Assembly (NCBI GenBank): GCA_015067725.1
Contig: SVLX01000008.1
Span: 954-64,953 of the forward strand
Reading direction: 5' to 3'
Source: Oscillospiraceae bacterium
GTDB lineage: Bacteria > Bacillota > Clostridia > Oscillospirales > Oscillospiraceae
DNA length: 64,000 nt
Part shown: positions 9,426 to 18,322 of the stretch, piece after piece
How positions within the stretch are numbered: the first letter of the stretch is position 1
How the letters are laid out: every line of letters starts with the position of its first letter
Position numbers and translations under genes: made by a program
Notes under the pieces: model-generated
The model's input: only the letters and a program-made list of their open reading frames with translations
Databases searched by the model: none
Told to the model about the DNA's origin: nothing

Positions 9426-9628
9426 GCGCAGAAACACCTCAAATTTGCACTGCCTAAAAGCCCCCTCGGCGAGGGGGCTGCCGAGCGAAGCGAGGCTGGG
9501 GGAGCGGACGTTATGGGACAGATAACCTTTCTCGCAACGGTTTTTTGGGTGATGTTTCTGCGCTACTTGATGGGTTTTCCTGAATCGATAGGTCCGCTCC
9601 CCCCTTAATCCCCCCTCGCCGAGGGGGG
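9426..9628. repeat. Cluster of GC-rich inverted repeats upstream of the DUF559 gene
   Basis: gcgcagaaaca 9426-9436 vs tgtttctgcgc 9553-9563; ccccctcggcgaggggg 9461-9477 vs cccccctcgccgagggggg 9610-9628 (each also self-complementary); gggggagcggac 9498-9509 vs gtccgctccccc 9592-9603. Confidence 0.6.
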
Positions 9629-9650
9629 TATGAGGCGGGTGCTTTACCAA

Positions 9651-10337
9651 TCAATAACTGCCATCATTCCTGGCTTCCTGTCCCTGTTCCATGGCTTTGG
9701 CCAGCTTCACGATTCTGGATGTACCCAGACGGTCAGCGCCCAGTTGGATAAACTTCTCCGCGTCAGCCAGACTGGAGATGCCGCCGGCGGCCTTAATCTT
9801 CACCTGCGGGCCAACGTACTTGGCGAACAGCTCCACATCGCTGAAAGTCGCGCCGCCGGTGGAGAAGCCGGTGGAGGTCTTGATGTAGTCTGCCCCTGCC
9901 TCGGTGACACAGTGGCACATGGCAATCTTTTCCTCATCCGTCAGCAGACAGGTCTCAATGATGACCTTCAGAATCTTCCCGCCGCAGGCCTCCTTAATGG
10001 CCCGGATTTCGGCGGTAATCTCGTCCCACTTCTTGTCCTTAATCCAGCCCAGATTGGCCACCATGTCCACCTCGTCCGCACCATTGGCCACTGCGTCGGC
10101 AGTCATGAATACCTTGGCGGCGGTGGTGGCGTAACCATTGGGGAATCCAATGACGGTGCAGATGGCCAGCTTGCCCTCCACATAGTCGCTGGCCTGCTTG
10201 ACGTAGGCAGCGGGAATGCAGACGGAGGCAGTGGCATACTTCATGCCGTCGTCACAGATGGCCCGGATGTCTGCCCAGGTGGCGGTCTGTGCCAGCAGGG
10301 TGTGGTCGCATTTGCTCAGAATGGTTTTCAGTTCCAT
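9651..10337 (-). CDS. deoC: Deoxyribose-phosphate aldolase
   Basis: AAGGAGAG RBS; CDHTLL...ASVCI...VIGFPNG...VKVIIET..L...IKTSTGF...KAAGGI; 228 aa. Confidence 0.93.
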   Translation of the reverse strand: MELKTILSKCDHTLLAQTATWADIRAICDDGMKYATASVCIPAAYVKQASDYVEGKLAICTVIGFPNGYATTAAKVFMTADAVANGADEVDMVANLGWIKDKKWDEITAEIRAIKEACGGKILKVIIETCLLTDEEKIAMCHCVTEAGADYIKTSTGFSTGGATFSDVELFAKYVGPQVKIKAAGGISSLADAEKFIQLGADRLGTSRIVKLAKAMEQGQEARNDGSY

Positions 10338-10399
10338 AAGTCATCTCTCCTTATTCACAGGCAAATACCGGCAGGAAACCGGTTCACCCCATATTTTAA

Positions 10400-11020
10400 T
10401 TATGTATCAAGCTCACTGGGCGCGCCGTGGAGCTTAATTTTCTTCCGCTCCCGGATACCCCGAATCCAGCACTTGTGGCACATGGCAATGTAGCTGTCAT
10501 TGCCGCCCAGCATAAGCTGCGCGCCCTCGGTGACGATATAGCCCTCAGCGTCAATCCGGGCATTGACCGTAGCCTTGGCCCCGCAGTCGCAGATGGTCTT
10601 AATCTCCTGAATGGTGTCCGCCACCTCCATAAGCCGCCGGCTGCCGCCAAAGAGATGACACTGGAAGTCTGTGCGCAGACCGAAGCACATCACCGGCAGA
10701 TTGTGCTCGTCCACAATCGCCCTGAGCTGGTCAATCTGCTCCGGCAACATAAACTGGCACTCGTCCACGATAATCACATCGCACTGCCCCAACCGGGTGC
10801 GGCGAAACAACTCCAGCACATCGCACTCCGGCGGAATAATCTCCACCTGCGCCTGCAGACCAATGCGACTGCGGAGAATCTGCCGGCCGTCTCTGGTGTC
10901 GGCGCTGGGCTTCACAAGCCAGACCTTCAGGTCGTTTTCCTCATAGTTGTACTTGGTAATCAGCGCCTGCGCCGTCTTGGATGACCCCATTGCGCCATAC
11001 TTGAAATACAGTTTTGCCAT
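10400..11020 (-). CDS. tdk: Thymidine kinase
   Basis: Internal ATG at 11020 with GGAGGG RBS gives MAKLYFKYGAMGSSKTAQAL (P-loop at the N-terminus); C-terminal zinc ligands CDCG...CHKCW. The 276-aa track ORF is an upstream extension. Confidence 0.9.
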   Translation of the reverse strand: MAKLYFKYGAMGSSKTAQALITKYNYEENDLKVWLVKPSADTRDGRQILRSRIGLQAQVEIIPPECDVLELFRRTRLGQCDVIIVDECQFMLPEQIDQLRAIVDEHNLPVMCFGLRTDFQCHLFGGSRRLMEVADTIQEIKTICDCGAKATVNARIDAEGYIVTEGAQLMLGGNDSYIAMCHKCWIRGIRERKKIKLHGAPSELDT

Positions 11021-11087
11021 AGTACCCTCCGTGATAATCTTGTTTCCACTGTTTGCGTTCTCCCGCCGTGGCAAGCGGAGATATGAG

Positions 11088-11102
11088 TTGGCAACTTGCC
11101 AA
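11088..11102. promoter_or_regulatory. Perfect 7-1-7 palindrome TTGGCAAcTTGCCAA upstream of tdk (possible operator)
   Basis: Read directly; lies 68-82 nt upstream of the tdk ATG. Confidence 0.25.
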
Positions 11103-11346
11103 TGATGCAGGCAAATCAATACAGACTGCCGGATACAGATTGTCTGCCCTCTGTGTTCGGCACTCGGTACTGCAATAAAGTTCGTTCCTGTCAGAGTGCC
11201 CCGGGCCGGAATCTCCCAGCCCGGAAGCATACTCTGGCAGGTTCAGTTGTGGATGTAGCTCTCCCGGTTTTCCGGGTGATGTATGGTGCGCAGTTCAATC
11301 GATTCCGGGGCTATGTAACTCCGGCACGGTTCAGCGGAATGCTCAT

Positions 11347-11484
11347 TCAGCCAGCTTGAGACACCAAATCCGCATTTCCGGCTACCCGAACCAACAGGTA
11401 AACCACCACGGCAATGGCCAGAAGCACCAGAATCAACAGCAGTATCACCCAGCGGTTTGCCTGTTTCTTGGTTATGGAAATCAT
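11347..11484 (-). CDS. Small (45 aa) single-TM protein
   Basis: Not in the ORF track (under 60 aa). ATG 11484 preceded by GGAGG; MISITKKQANRWVILLLILVLLAIAVVVYLLVRVAGNADLVSQAG; starts 12 nt after the YARHG gene stop. Confidence 0.4.
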   Translation of the reverse strand: MISITKKQANRWVILLLILVLLAIAVVVYLLVRVAGNADLVSQAG

Positions 11485-11495
11485 GGTCTTACCTC

Positions 11496-14400
11496 CTACC
11501 GGGCATCGCTGGCGGCTTTCAACAGCCGGATGTTCTGCAGTTCAAAGTCATTGAACACGGACTCATCAAAGTCTTCCGGCTCGATGGTGCCATGATACCA
11601 GGAACAGCCATCAAAATACTCCTGAATCTCCGGTGTTCTGAATTTCCGACCATGGCGGGCATAAATCTCATTGCGCGCCAGAATCAACTCCCAGAGAGAG
11701 AGGTCAATGTAATCCGCTTTGGACAGGTATCGGCTGTCGCTGTCCGGGAAGAAGTATCCGCTGTCCTGGTCTGCGCCGGATTCCTTGTCCCGCTTCTCCC
11801 CTTCTTCCTTGAGAATCCGGATGTTCTCCAGCTCATAGCGGTTGAAGACGGATGAATCAAAATCCTCCGGTTCAATGGTGCCATTGTACCAGGAGAGGGA
11901 GTCAAAATACGCCTGAATCTCCGGGATGGCAAAGCGGCGACCATGGCGGGCAAAAATCTCATTCCGGGCCAAAATCAGTTCCCAGTCGTCCAAGTGCTGA
12001 TAGTCCTCCTGGGTCAGAAACCGCTTGTCACTGTCGGCAATTAGTTGTTCCGGGTCCTGGTCGGTGTTCTGCTCTTTCCGGGCATCGCCTGCGGCCTTCA
12101 AGATTCTGATGTTCTCCCGCTCATACTTGTTGAGGACGGAGATGTCAAAATCCTCCGGATCAATCGTACCTTCGTACCAGGGACAGCTATCGAAGTAAGC
12201 CTGAATCTCCGGGGTAGCAAAGCGGCGACCGTGGCGGGCGAAAATCTCGTTCCGGGCCAAAACCAGCTCCCAATCCGTCAAATCCTGATAATCTGCCTCG
12301 GTCAGATACCGTTTGTCGGCATCGTGGAAGAAGTAGTCTTCGGGATTGATTTCCACCGGAGGATCGGTGGGTTCCGGCTCGGTGGGTTTAGGCTCTGTAG
12401 GCTTGGGCTCGGTAGGCTGAGGCTCCGTAGGCTTAGGCTCTGTGGGTTTGGGCTCCGTAGGCTTAGGCTCTGTGGGTTTGGGGTCCGTCGGCTTGGGATC
12501 CGTTGGCTTGGGATCCGTTGGCTTGGGAACCGTTGGCTTGGGATCCGTGGGCTGAGACGGGTCGTTGTCATCCGGTCGGCTCTCCCCGGGAGATTGTCCA
12601 TTGGGATCAGTCTCCTCAGTGGAGTCCGTCTCCCCGGTGGAATCGGTGGTATCTGTAGAATCCGTGGAGTCAGTGGTATCGGTAGAATCCGTGGAATCCG
12701 TCTGGTCGGTGGATTCGGTGGGGTCCGTCTGGTCAGTATTGTCCGTGGGGACGATAAATCCGCCCTGATGCTCCGTATCGCCGGTATTTCCGGTGTCTCC
12801 GGTGGCATCGGAGGACTCCGTCTGTCCGGGATTGCCGGTAAACCAACTGCCATAGGACAGCACCACGCCGCCCAGAATACCCAACACAAACGCCAGTGCC
12901 ACACCCAAAGCCAAAATCATCAGCTTCTGCCCGGTGGTCGCCATCATGGGTCTCCTGCGGCGGAGGGCGGTAGCGGTGGCGGCGGTGGTCTCCGCAGCCT
13001 TATCGGATGTAGTCTTTCCTGCGCCGGGGTCAACCGGCACACCACCGATTATGGGCATACCCCGGCTTCGTCCGGTTGCGGCATACTCGGGTGTCTTTTG
13101 TCCGGGTGGCTTCTGAGATTCCGACCCGGCGGGTTTTTCGGTATGCTTCTCCGGCGTCTTTTTCTCTGGAGTTTTCTTTTCCGGTGTCTTTTTGTCCTGC
13201 GACTTCTGTTCGGACGTCTTTTTGTCCTGCGTCCTGCGGTCCGCGGACTTCTTCTCCGGTGGGTCAGGCGGCTTTACGCTCCCGCCACCCGCAACCGAAG
13301 AACCGGTTTTGCCCGGTGTGGGTGGAGTTGTCGGGGATTGGGCAGTCTTTCTTCTGTCCCGCTTTCCGGCAAAGCCCAATCCCAAACCCAGACCCACGCC
13401 TGCACCCACAGCGGCCGCGGCGGCGGCATTGTCCTTTTCCTTTGGTGGAGGGGGGTATTCCGGGTAAGTGGGGGGCGACTGCGTTTCGGTTGTTCCGGTT
13501 GTGGCGGCAGAAGTTCCGGACTTCCGGTCCGCACCGGCGGCAGGCACCTCTTTCTGGGGCTTTCCGGCTGTTTCTTCCGCAAGCTGTGCCAGAAGCTCCT
13601 CCGGAATCTCAACTTCCGGCGCTTCGCTCCAGCCATCGGGGACAGTTTTGACGGGGGCAGAGACAACTGCATCCGGCGTTTTCTCCGGCGCATCGGTCTG
13701 ACTTTCGTCATCGGGAATCAATGTGGACAAATCCACAGTGGAGAAATCAAATACAGGGTCATCTTCTTCAGGCTTGGGCTCAGCAGGTCTGCCACCGGTG
13801 GGCATACCCAAATCCAGGAAGCCAGTCCCGGCAGATACTTTCCGGGCATCGCTACCTCTGGCATCACCGGCTGTACCGTGACTCCCACCGGCAGACCACT
13901 GGGTGGATTTGGCCTCCAGGAAGTCCTGCACCGGCGAACCCACAATGGGTCGGGCAGTCTCCGGGGTTGTTTCTCTCGGGGTGGCGGAGGCCCGTCTTCT
14001 GGTGGGTCGCTCCCCGGTGCTACGACTGTAGCTCCGGTCTTCGGCGGGCTTTGCCGTACCGGGCATTTCGGGGAATTCAAAGTCCTGTCTTCTTGCTCTG
14101 GCAGTTTCCTCCGTGGGGAAGGCAAAGGACAGAGGCTTTTTCTCCGAATGGGCATCGTCAGAAAAACCGAAGTTCTGCCCATGACGGACGGCCCGCTCTG
14201 CCGCCAGAGGGTCACGCCCAGTGGCGCGCTGTCTGGCAGATCCGGTATTACCCGAACCAAAGGCAGGCTCAGCCGGTGCGGTACTCTGGCTGGTTGTGCG
14301 TCGCTCGCCGTGGCTTGTCCCTCTGTCGGTTTTTCTTCCGGAAACCTCCGGGAATTCCGGCTCACCGGTATCCACGGCAAAGGGGTCAAACCCACGCCCG

Positions 14401-14804
14401 GTCACTTCCTCATCCCGGATGCCAGAAGACCGGCGGCGGGAGGGCTTCTCCTGCTGACCACCGGAGACCAGCGCATCAAAGTCCGGGAATACCATATCCG
14501 GGTCTTGCCGTCTGGGTCGTCTTTCCGGGGTGCGGGCAGTGGGGGCAGTCTCCCCCTGAGACTTGGGTGCGGACATTCCCTCCCGGCGTTCGCTCCGGGG
14601 AGTCTGTCTGGCCGGTCTGAACTCCGGCAGATTCTGCGCCGCGGCTCTTGCCCGGGGAACAGGCGCATTTTCGCCAAAAGTTGGTTCTGAATCTTGCCAG
14701 AGCAAAGTGGTCGCAGCCTTTCCCGATGTGGAGGCATCATCGCCCATCAGGACGTAACCGCCTCGTTTGTCTCGATTCTTTCGCGGACTCATACTTAACA
14801 CCAC
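11496..14804 (-). CDS. Single-pass membrane protein: long disordered N-terminal half, TM helix, Thr/Asp- and PKPTE-repeat linker, three C-terminal YARHG domains
   Basis: Three copies of WEL(V/I)LARNEI(F/Y)ARHGR(R/K)F..PEIQ.YFD...WY.GTI.PEDFD; TM LMILALGVALAFVLGILGGVVL; exact start uncertain (several in-frame Met near the 5' end). Confidence 0.8.
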   Translation of the reverse strand: MVLSMSPRKNRDKRGGYVLMGDDASTSGKAATTLLWQDSEPTFGENAPVPRARAAAQNLPEFRPARQTPRSERREGMSAPKSQGETAPTARTPERRPRRQDPDMVFPDFDALVSGGQQEKPSRRRSSGIRDEEVTGRGFDPFAVDTGEPEFPEVSGRKTDRGTSHGERRTTSQSTAPAEPAFGSGNTGSARQRATGRDPLAAERAVRHGQNFGFSDDAHSEKKPLSFAFPTEETARARRQDFEFPEMPGTAKPAEDRSYSRSTGERPTRRRASATPRETTPETARPIVGSPVQDFLEAKSTQWSAGGSHGTAGDARGSDARKVSAGTGFLDLGMPTGGRPAEPKPEEDDPVFDFSTVDLSTLIPDDESQTDAPEKTPDAVVSAPVKTVPDGWSEAPEVEIPEELLAQLAEETAGKPQKEVPAAGADRKSGTSAATTGTTETQSPPTYPEYPPPPKEKDNAAAAAAVGAGVGLGLGLGFAGKRDRRKTAQSPTTPPTPGKTGSSVAGGGSVKPPDPPEKKSADRRTQDKKTSEQKSQDKKTPEKKTPEKKTPEKHTEKPAGSESQKPPGQKTPEYAATGRSRGMPIIGGVPVDPGAGKTTSDKAAETTAATATALRRRRPMMATTGQKLMILALGVALAFVLGILGGVVLSYGSWFTGNPGQTESSDATGDTGNTGDTEHQGGFIVPTDNTDQTDPTESTDQTDSTDSTDTTDSTDSTDTTDSTGETDSTEETDPNGQSPGESRPDDNDPSQPTDPKPTVPKPTDPKPTDPKPTDPKPTEPKPTEPKPTEPKPTEPQPTEPKPTEPKPTEPEPTDPPVEINPEDYFFHDADKRYLTEADYQDLTDWELVLARNEIFARHGRRFATPEIQAYFDSCPWYEGTIDPEDFDISVLNKYERENIRILKAAGDARKEQNTDQDPEQLIADSDKRFLTQEDYQHLDDWELILARNEIFARHGRRFAIPEIQAYFDSLSWYNGTIEPEDFDSSVFNRYELENIRILKEEGEKRDKESGADQDSGYFFPDSDSRYLSKADYIDLSLWELILARNEIYARHGRKFRTPEIQEYFDGCSWYHGTIEPEDFDESVFNDFELQNIRLLKAASDAR
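12366..12552. repeat. Coding tandem repeat, 15-bp unit (PKPTE/PKPTD repeats), with an exact 30-bp duplication at 12421-12480
   Basis: ggctccgtaggcttaggctctgtgggtttg occurs twice back to back and is flanked by degenerate 15-bp units. Confidence 0.85.
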
Positions 14805-15053
14805 GCTTCATTGCTATGTCGAACAGAGCGATGCCCGATGCCGGGAATTCACACTCTGATGGTATCGTTCTTATAATCTTTGCCAAATGGCAATAGAATG
14901 TCATTCTCTAATCATTATACCGTCTTTTCCGGGAAACATCAATACCTTTTTCCGATTTTTCCGTCAATATAGACTACCATTTTCGTCCATAGCCCCCAAA
15001 ATACCGGAAAAACCACCTCTCCTCGCCGTAATGCCGGAAATTTAACTTCATAA

Positions 15054-15082
15054 TTGACATTTGACGGGAATCATGTTATACT
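15054..15082 (+). promoter_or_regulatory. Sigma-A-type promoter for the 15166 membrane-protein gene
   Basis: TTGACA 15054-15059, 17-nt spacer, TATACT 15077-15082. Confidence 0.55.
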
Positions 15083-15165
15083 GTTTACACCATTCGGCAC
15101 TGCGAGTGATTAGCAATACATCATCCCACCAAAAGTGCCCAAAATCATCCTATGGAGGTTACTCT

Positions 15166-15909
15166 ATGTCCCTGCGTGATTTATTTCCCCGGTTTGTGGA
15201 TGGTCCTGCGTTAAAATCCGTCTTGCTGTCCATATTTTATCTGCTGGTGCGTGAATTCCTCTTATCCGGTCTGCTGTTGATCGTGGGCGGTACTGTAGCA
15301 ACCGCCGATGATCTCGTTGCCTCGATGGGTTCACTGATTTTGCAAGCCATCATTGATTTGGTGGTCATGTTCCTGATTTTCCGGGAGTATCTGTCCGAAT
15401 CCATGCAGTCTCTGCGGCTGGAGTGGCCCACCTGTTTTAAGACCATTGCCATTGGTGTGGGTATCGCCGTGGGCATCAACGCCGTCATTTTCCTCTGCAC
15501 CGGTCTGCTTGTCCCCGCCGGCGACCTGTTTTTGCACTTCCCCACCAATGTTATGGCTGCCATACCACTTGTCAACCTGATTTTTCTGGTGGTACTGGCA
15601 CCGGTCGCCTTCTGCTGTATGTTCCATGTCACCTTCTTTGGTGGTCTGTGCGGCGAGCGGCCTTGGCTGGCTTATCCTTTGGTCGCACTGGTGCTGGTGG
15701 CGCTCCACTATTTCGGCAACCATGATTTTGCCCTGTTCCCCTCCGTCTGTCTGTGTATGCTCCCCACCCATTTGCTGGGCTGTTGGGTCTATCAGAAAAC
15801 CAATACCGTCTGGTCCAGCATCATTCTGGTCGCTGCGGTCAATTTGCTGATGGTTTTGGCATACCTGCTGTTCCCCCAGTTGGCGTTGTATACGCTGATA
15901 GGCTTATAA
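15166..15909 (+). CDS. Multi-pass membrane protein (possibly CPBP-fold, but the canonical EExxxR / HxxxN catalytic motifs are not seen)
   Basis: ATG 15166 with GGAGG at 15154-15158; at least 6 hydrophobic helices; LHYFGNH resembles CPBP motif 2 only. Confidence 0.6.
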   Translation: MSLRDLFPRFVDGPALKSVLLSIFYLLVREFLLSGLLLIVGGTVATADDLVASMGSLILQAIIDLVVMFLIFREYLSESMQSLRLEWPTCFKTIAIGVGIAVGINAVIFLCTGLLVPAGDLFLHFPTNVMAAIPLVNLIFLVVLAPVAFCCMFHVTFFGGLCGERPWLAYPLVALVLVALHYFGNHDFALFPSVCLCMLPTHLLGCWVYQKTNTVWSSIILVAAVNLLMVLAYLLFPQLALYTLIGL

Positions 15910-15920
15910 TCCAAATGTCC

Positions 15921-15950
15921 ACTCCCCCGAAGTTTCGACCTCGGGGGAGT
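15921..15950 (+). terminator. Rho-independent terminator
   Basis: 10-bp stem actcccccga/tcgggggagt, 10-nt loop, followed by cattttac. Confidence 0.55.
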
Positions 15951-16192
15951 CATTTTACCGAGAGCGGCCACCCATCAAGTCCGTCCGGCAGATTGTCGAT
16001 CCAGTGCAACATACGGCCCATGAAGCGGATATACCGATTCAGGAAAACCCACCGCTAAACTCCGGGACTCAACCGGCAGACGGTACATTTCCGGAACGGT
16101 AGTCCTGTCTGCTCCTCCGCCTTGTTACGCAGGTATCCCCCTCAAAGAGACAATACCGTCAACCCGGCGAAAAGGGTTTCCCCTGATTGTGC

Positions 16193-16430
16193 TATAATCG
16201 CTCCTCATGCGTTGTTTCACTCCCTCTGTCTCAGCTCTGCCGGGATATCGATGGTGTCATCCCCTGTGCAGCAGTTTTCCAAAGGGATGTGCCTCTGTGC
16301 AGGAATTTACCGGCAAAGCCACTGCCACGGCAGGAGACGATTACCGGCGATGCCCCGTCCCTGTGACGGCCTCTCCCCGAAACAGTTTGCCATACAGTAA
16401 GGCCCGGGTCGAAACCCGGGCCTTTGTTGA
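16193..16430 (+). ncRNA. Candidate small RNA: orphan promoter-to-terminator unit
   Basis: TTGTGcTATAAT (TRTG-type extended -10; TATAAT 16193-16198) and, about 200 nt downstream, the hairpin aaggcccgggt-cgaa-acccgggcctt (16399-16424) followed by tgttg; no convincing ORF or RBS in between. Confidence 0.25.
16399..16424. terminator. GC-rich hairpin terminator next to the ftsH stop
   Basis: 11-bp perfect stem, tetraloop, T-rich tail on the plus strand and A-rich 5' flank. Confidence 0.6.
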
Positions 16431-16440
16431 TGATTGATTG

Positions 16441-18294
16441 TTACAGTTCTCCGAAGATGTCGCTCTTGTCCTCAGGGTCAACCGGTCTTCCTTCCATCAT
16501 GGCCCGGAACTGACCGCCGGACATCCGCTCATGGGCAAGCAGGAATTCTGCCACCGCAAGAAGTTTCTGTCCATTTTCCTTCAGGATGGTGGTACACCGG
16601 TCATATGCCCGGTCCACCAATGCCTTGGTTTCGCTGTCCAGTTCCCCGGCAATCCACTCGGAATAGCTCTTGGTCTTCTCATAGTCTCTGCCCACGAAGA
16701 TTTCCTCGTCGCCGTCATAAGCCAGCGCACCAATCTTCTCGCTCATACCAAACTGGGCAACCATTTCTCTGGCAATCTGCGTTGCCCGCCGGATATCCTG
16801 GGATGCGCCAGTGGTAATGTCCTGACAGTACAGTGTCTCAGCCACTCTGCCGCCCAAAACCATGACAATGTGCTCATACATCTGATTCCGGGTCATGTGG
16901 ACAAATTCCTCTTTGGGGCGGCTGATGGTCATGCCCAGGGACTGCCCCCGGGGGATGATGGTAATCTCATGGACAGGGTCCTGGGTCTTCAGGAAGTAAG
17001 CGGCCACAGCGTGACCGGCCTCATGGATGGCGGTAATCTTCAAATCCTGCTGAAGCTGTACCCGGTTGCGCTTCTCCGGTCCTGCCAGCACCTTCATCAT
17101 GGCCTCGTTCATGTCCTCACCGGTAATGATGGGTCGGTCAGCCCGGACAGCCAGAATTGCCGCTTCGTTCATCAGGTTCTTCAAATCCGCACCGGTGAAG
17201 CCACCGGTAGCCAGTGCCACCCGGCGCAAGTCCACACGACTATCCAGCCGCTTGTCCTTGCTGTGAATCTTCAAAATGGCCTCACGGCCCTTGGCATCGG
17301 GTCTGCCCACATAGACCTGCCGGTCAAATCGTCCGGCACGGAGCAGTGCGGGGTCCAGAATGTCCTGCCGGTTGGTGGCCGCCAGAACAATGACGCCCTC
17401 AGTCTTCTGGAAGCCGTCCATCTCCACCAGAAGCTGGTTCAGTGTCTGCTCCCGCTCATCGTGGCCGCCGCCCATACCGGAGCCACGGCGGCGACCCACG
17501 GCGTCAATCTCGTCAATGAAGATGATGGAGGGCGATACCTTCTTGGCCTGATCAAAGAGGTCTCTGACCCGGCTTGCGCCAACACCCACATACATCTCCA
17601 TGAAGTCAGAGCCGGAAATGGACAGGAAGGGCACACCGGCTTCACCGGCAACCGCCTTGGCCAGCAGTGTCTTACCCGTACCGGGAGGGCCAACCAGAAG
17701 AATGCCTCTGGGAATGGTTGCGCCCATACTGTGGAACTTCCGGGGATCGCGGAGGAAGTCCACCAACTCGGCCAGCTCCCGCTTTTCTTCATCAGCACCG
17801 GCCACGTGTTCAAAGGTGAATTCTCCCTTTGAGCCATCAGTGGTCTTTGCTTTGCCGAAACCGGCCAGCGAACCATTGCTGTTCGCCCGGTTGCTGGCCA
17901 GCACCCAGAAGAACAGCAGAATTGCGCCTGCCAGCAGATATGGCAGCATTTTGGCCAGTACGCCAGGCTTGCTGTCCGGCAGGAATGCATAGGATTCCAG
18001 AATCCCGGCCTCCTGCTGTGCCACAAAGATACCGTCCAAATCTTCCCGGAGGGACTGGGTATCCACCACTGCGGTCAGTTTATCTTTGCCCTTATACTTC
18101 TCCCGCAACTCCAGCTTAATCTTATCGTCCTTGACCTGGAAGGATTTGACCTTCTCCTCATTGAACAGGGTCAGGACTTCGGAATACTGGATGTCTCCGC
18201 CGGAGAACAGCCCAAATACCCAGGCTGCCGCCAGCAGAATCAAAATCAGGGCAGCGAAATAGGTCAAACGACCGGAAGTTTGCTTCGTTTCCAA
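16441..18294 (-). CDS. ftsH: ATP-dependent zinc metalloprotease FtsH
   Basis: Walker [23 protein letters not shown]; zinc motif HEAGHAV; N-terminal TMs; TTG start. Confidence 0.95.
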   Translation of the reverse strand: METKQTSGRLTYFAALILILLAAAWVFGLFSGGDIQYSEVLTLFNEEKVKSFQVKDDKIKLELREKYKGKDKLTAVVDTQSLREDLDGIFVAQQEAGILESYAFLPDSKPGVLAKMLPYLLAGAILLFFWVLASNRANSNGSLAGFGKAKTTDGSKGEFTFEHVAGADEEKRELAELVDFLRDPRKFHSMGATIPRGILLVGPPGTGKTLLAKAVAGEAGVPFLSISGSDFMEMYVGVGASRVRDLFDQAKKVSPSIIFIDEIDAVGRRRGSGMGGGHDEREQTLNQLLVEMDGFQKTEGVIVLAATNRQDILDPALLRAGRFDRQVYVGRPDAKGREAILKIHSKDKRLDSRVDLRRVALATGGFTGADLKNLMNEAAILAVRADRPIITGEDMNEAMMKVLAGPEKRNRVQLQQDLKITAIHEAGHAVAAYFLKTQDPVHEITIIPRGQSLGMTISRPKEEFVHMTRNQMYEHIVMVLGGRVAETLYCQDITTGASQDIRRATQIAREMVAQFGMSEKIGALAYDGDEEIFVGRDYEKTKSYSEWIAGELDSETKALVDRAYDRCTTILKENGQKLLAVAEFLLAHERMSGGQFRAMMEGRPVDPEDKSDIFGEL

Positions 18295-18322
18295 GGATGC
18301 TTATCTCCTTTGTTGCTCAGAT

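Noticed and set aside
9420-9650. A 76-aa minus-strand ORF upstream of DUF559
   Set aside because: It is simply the translation of the GC-rich palindromes (PLGEGG, SPLAEGA). It has no RBS and is better explained as structured non-coding DNA.
10400-11230. The 276-aa version of the thymidine kinase ORF
   Set aside because: The first 70 codons have no RBS and no homology-like features. The internal ATG at 11020 has a GGAGGG RBS and places the P-loop at the N-terminus as in known Tdk proteins.
12045-14690. An 881-aa plus-strand ORF
   Set aside because: It is antisense to the YARHG gene. The sequence is Arg/Gly/Leu-rich junk; the minus frame carries three clear YARHG domains and a TM helix.
16122-16437. 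Plus-strand ORFs of 92 and 76 aa in the gap before ftsH
   Set aside because: They have no RBS. Both run into the terminator hairpin, and the 76-aa ORF runs through it. Their sequences are Cys/Pro/Arg-rich and non-protein-like. The region is treated instead as a candidate non-coding RNA.
16438-17832. A 464-aa plus-strand ORF; similar long antisense ORFs occur opposite deoB, tilS, dnaB, pknB, rsmB, priA, cdaA and others
   Set aside because: Each lies opposite a gene with unambiguous motifs (here the FtsH Walker A and HEAGH). High GC content makes long spurious antisense frames common.
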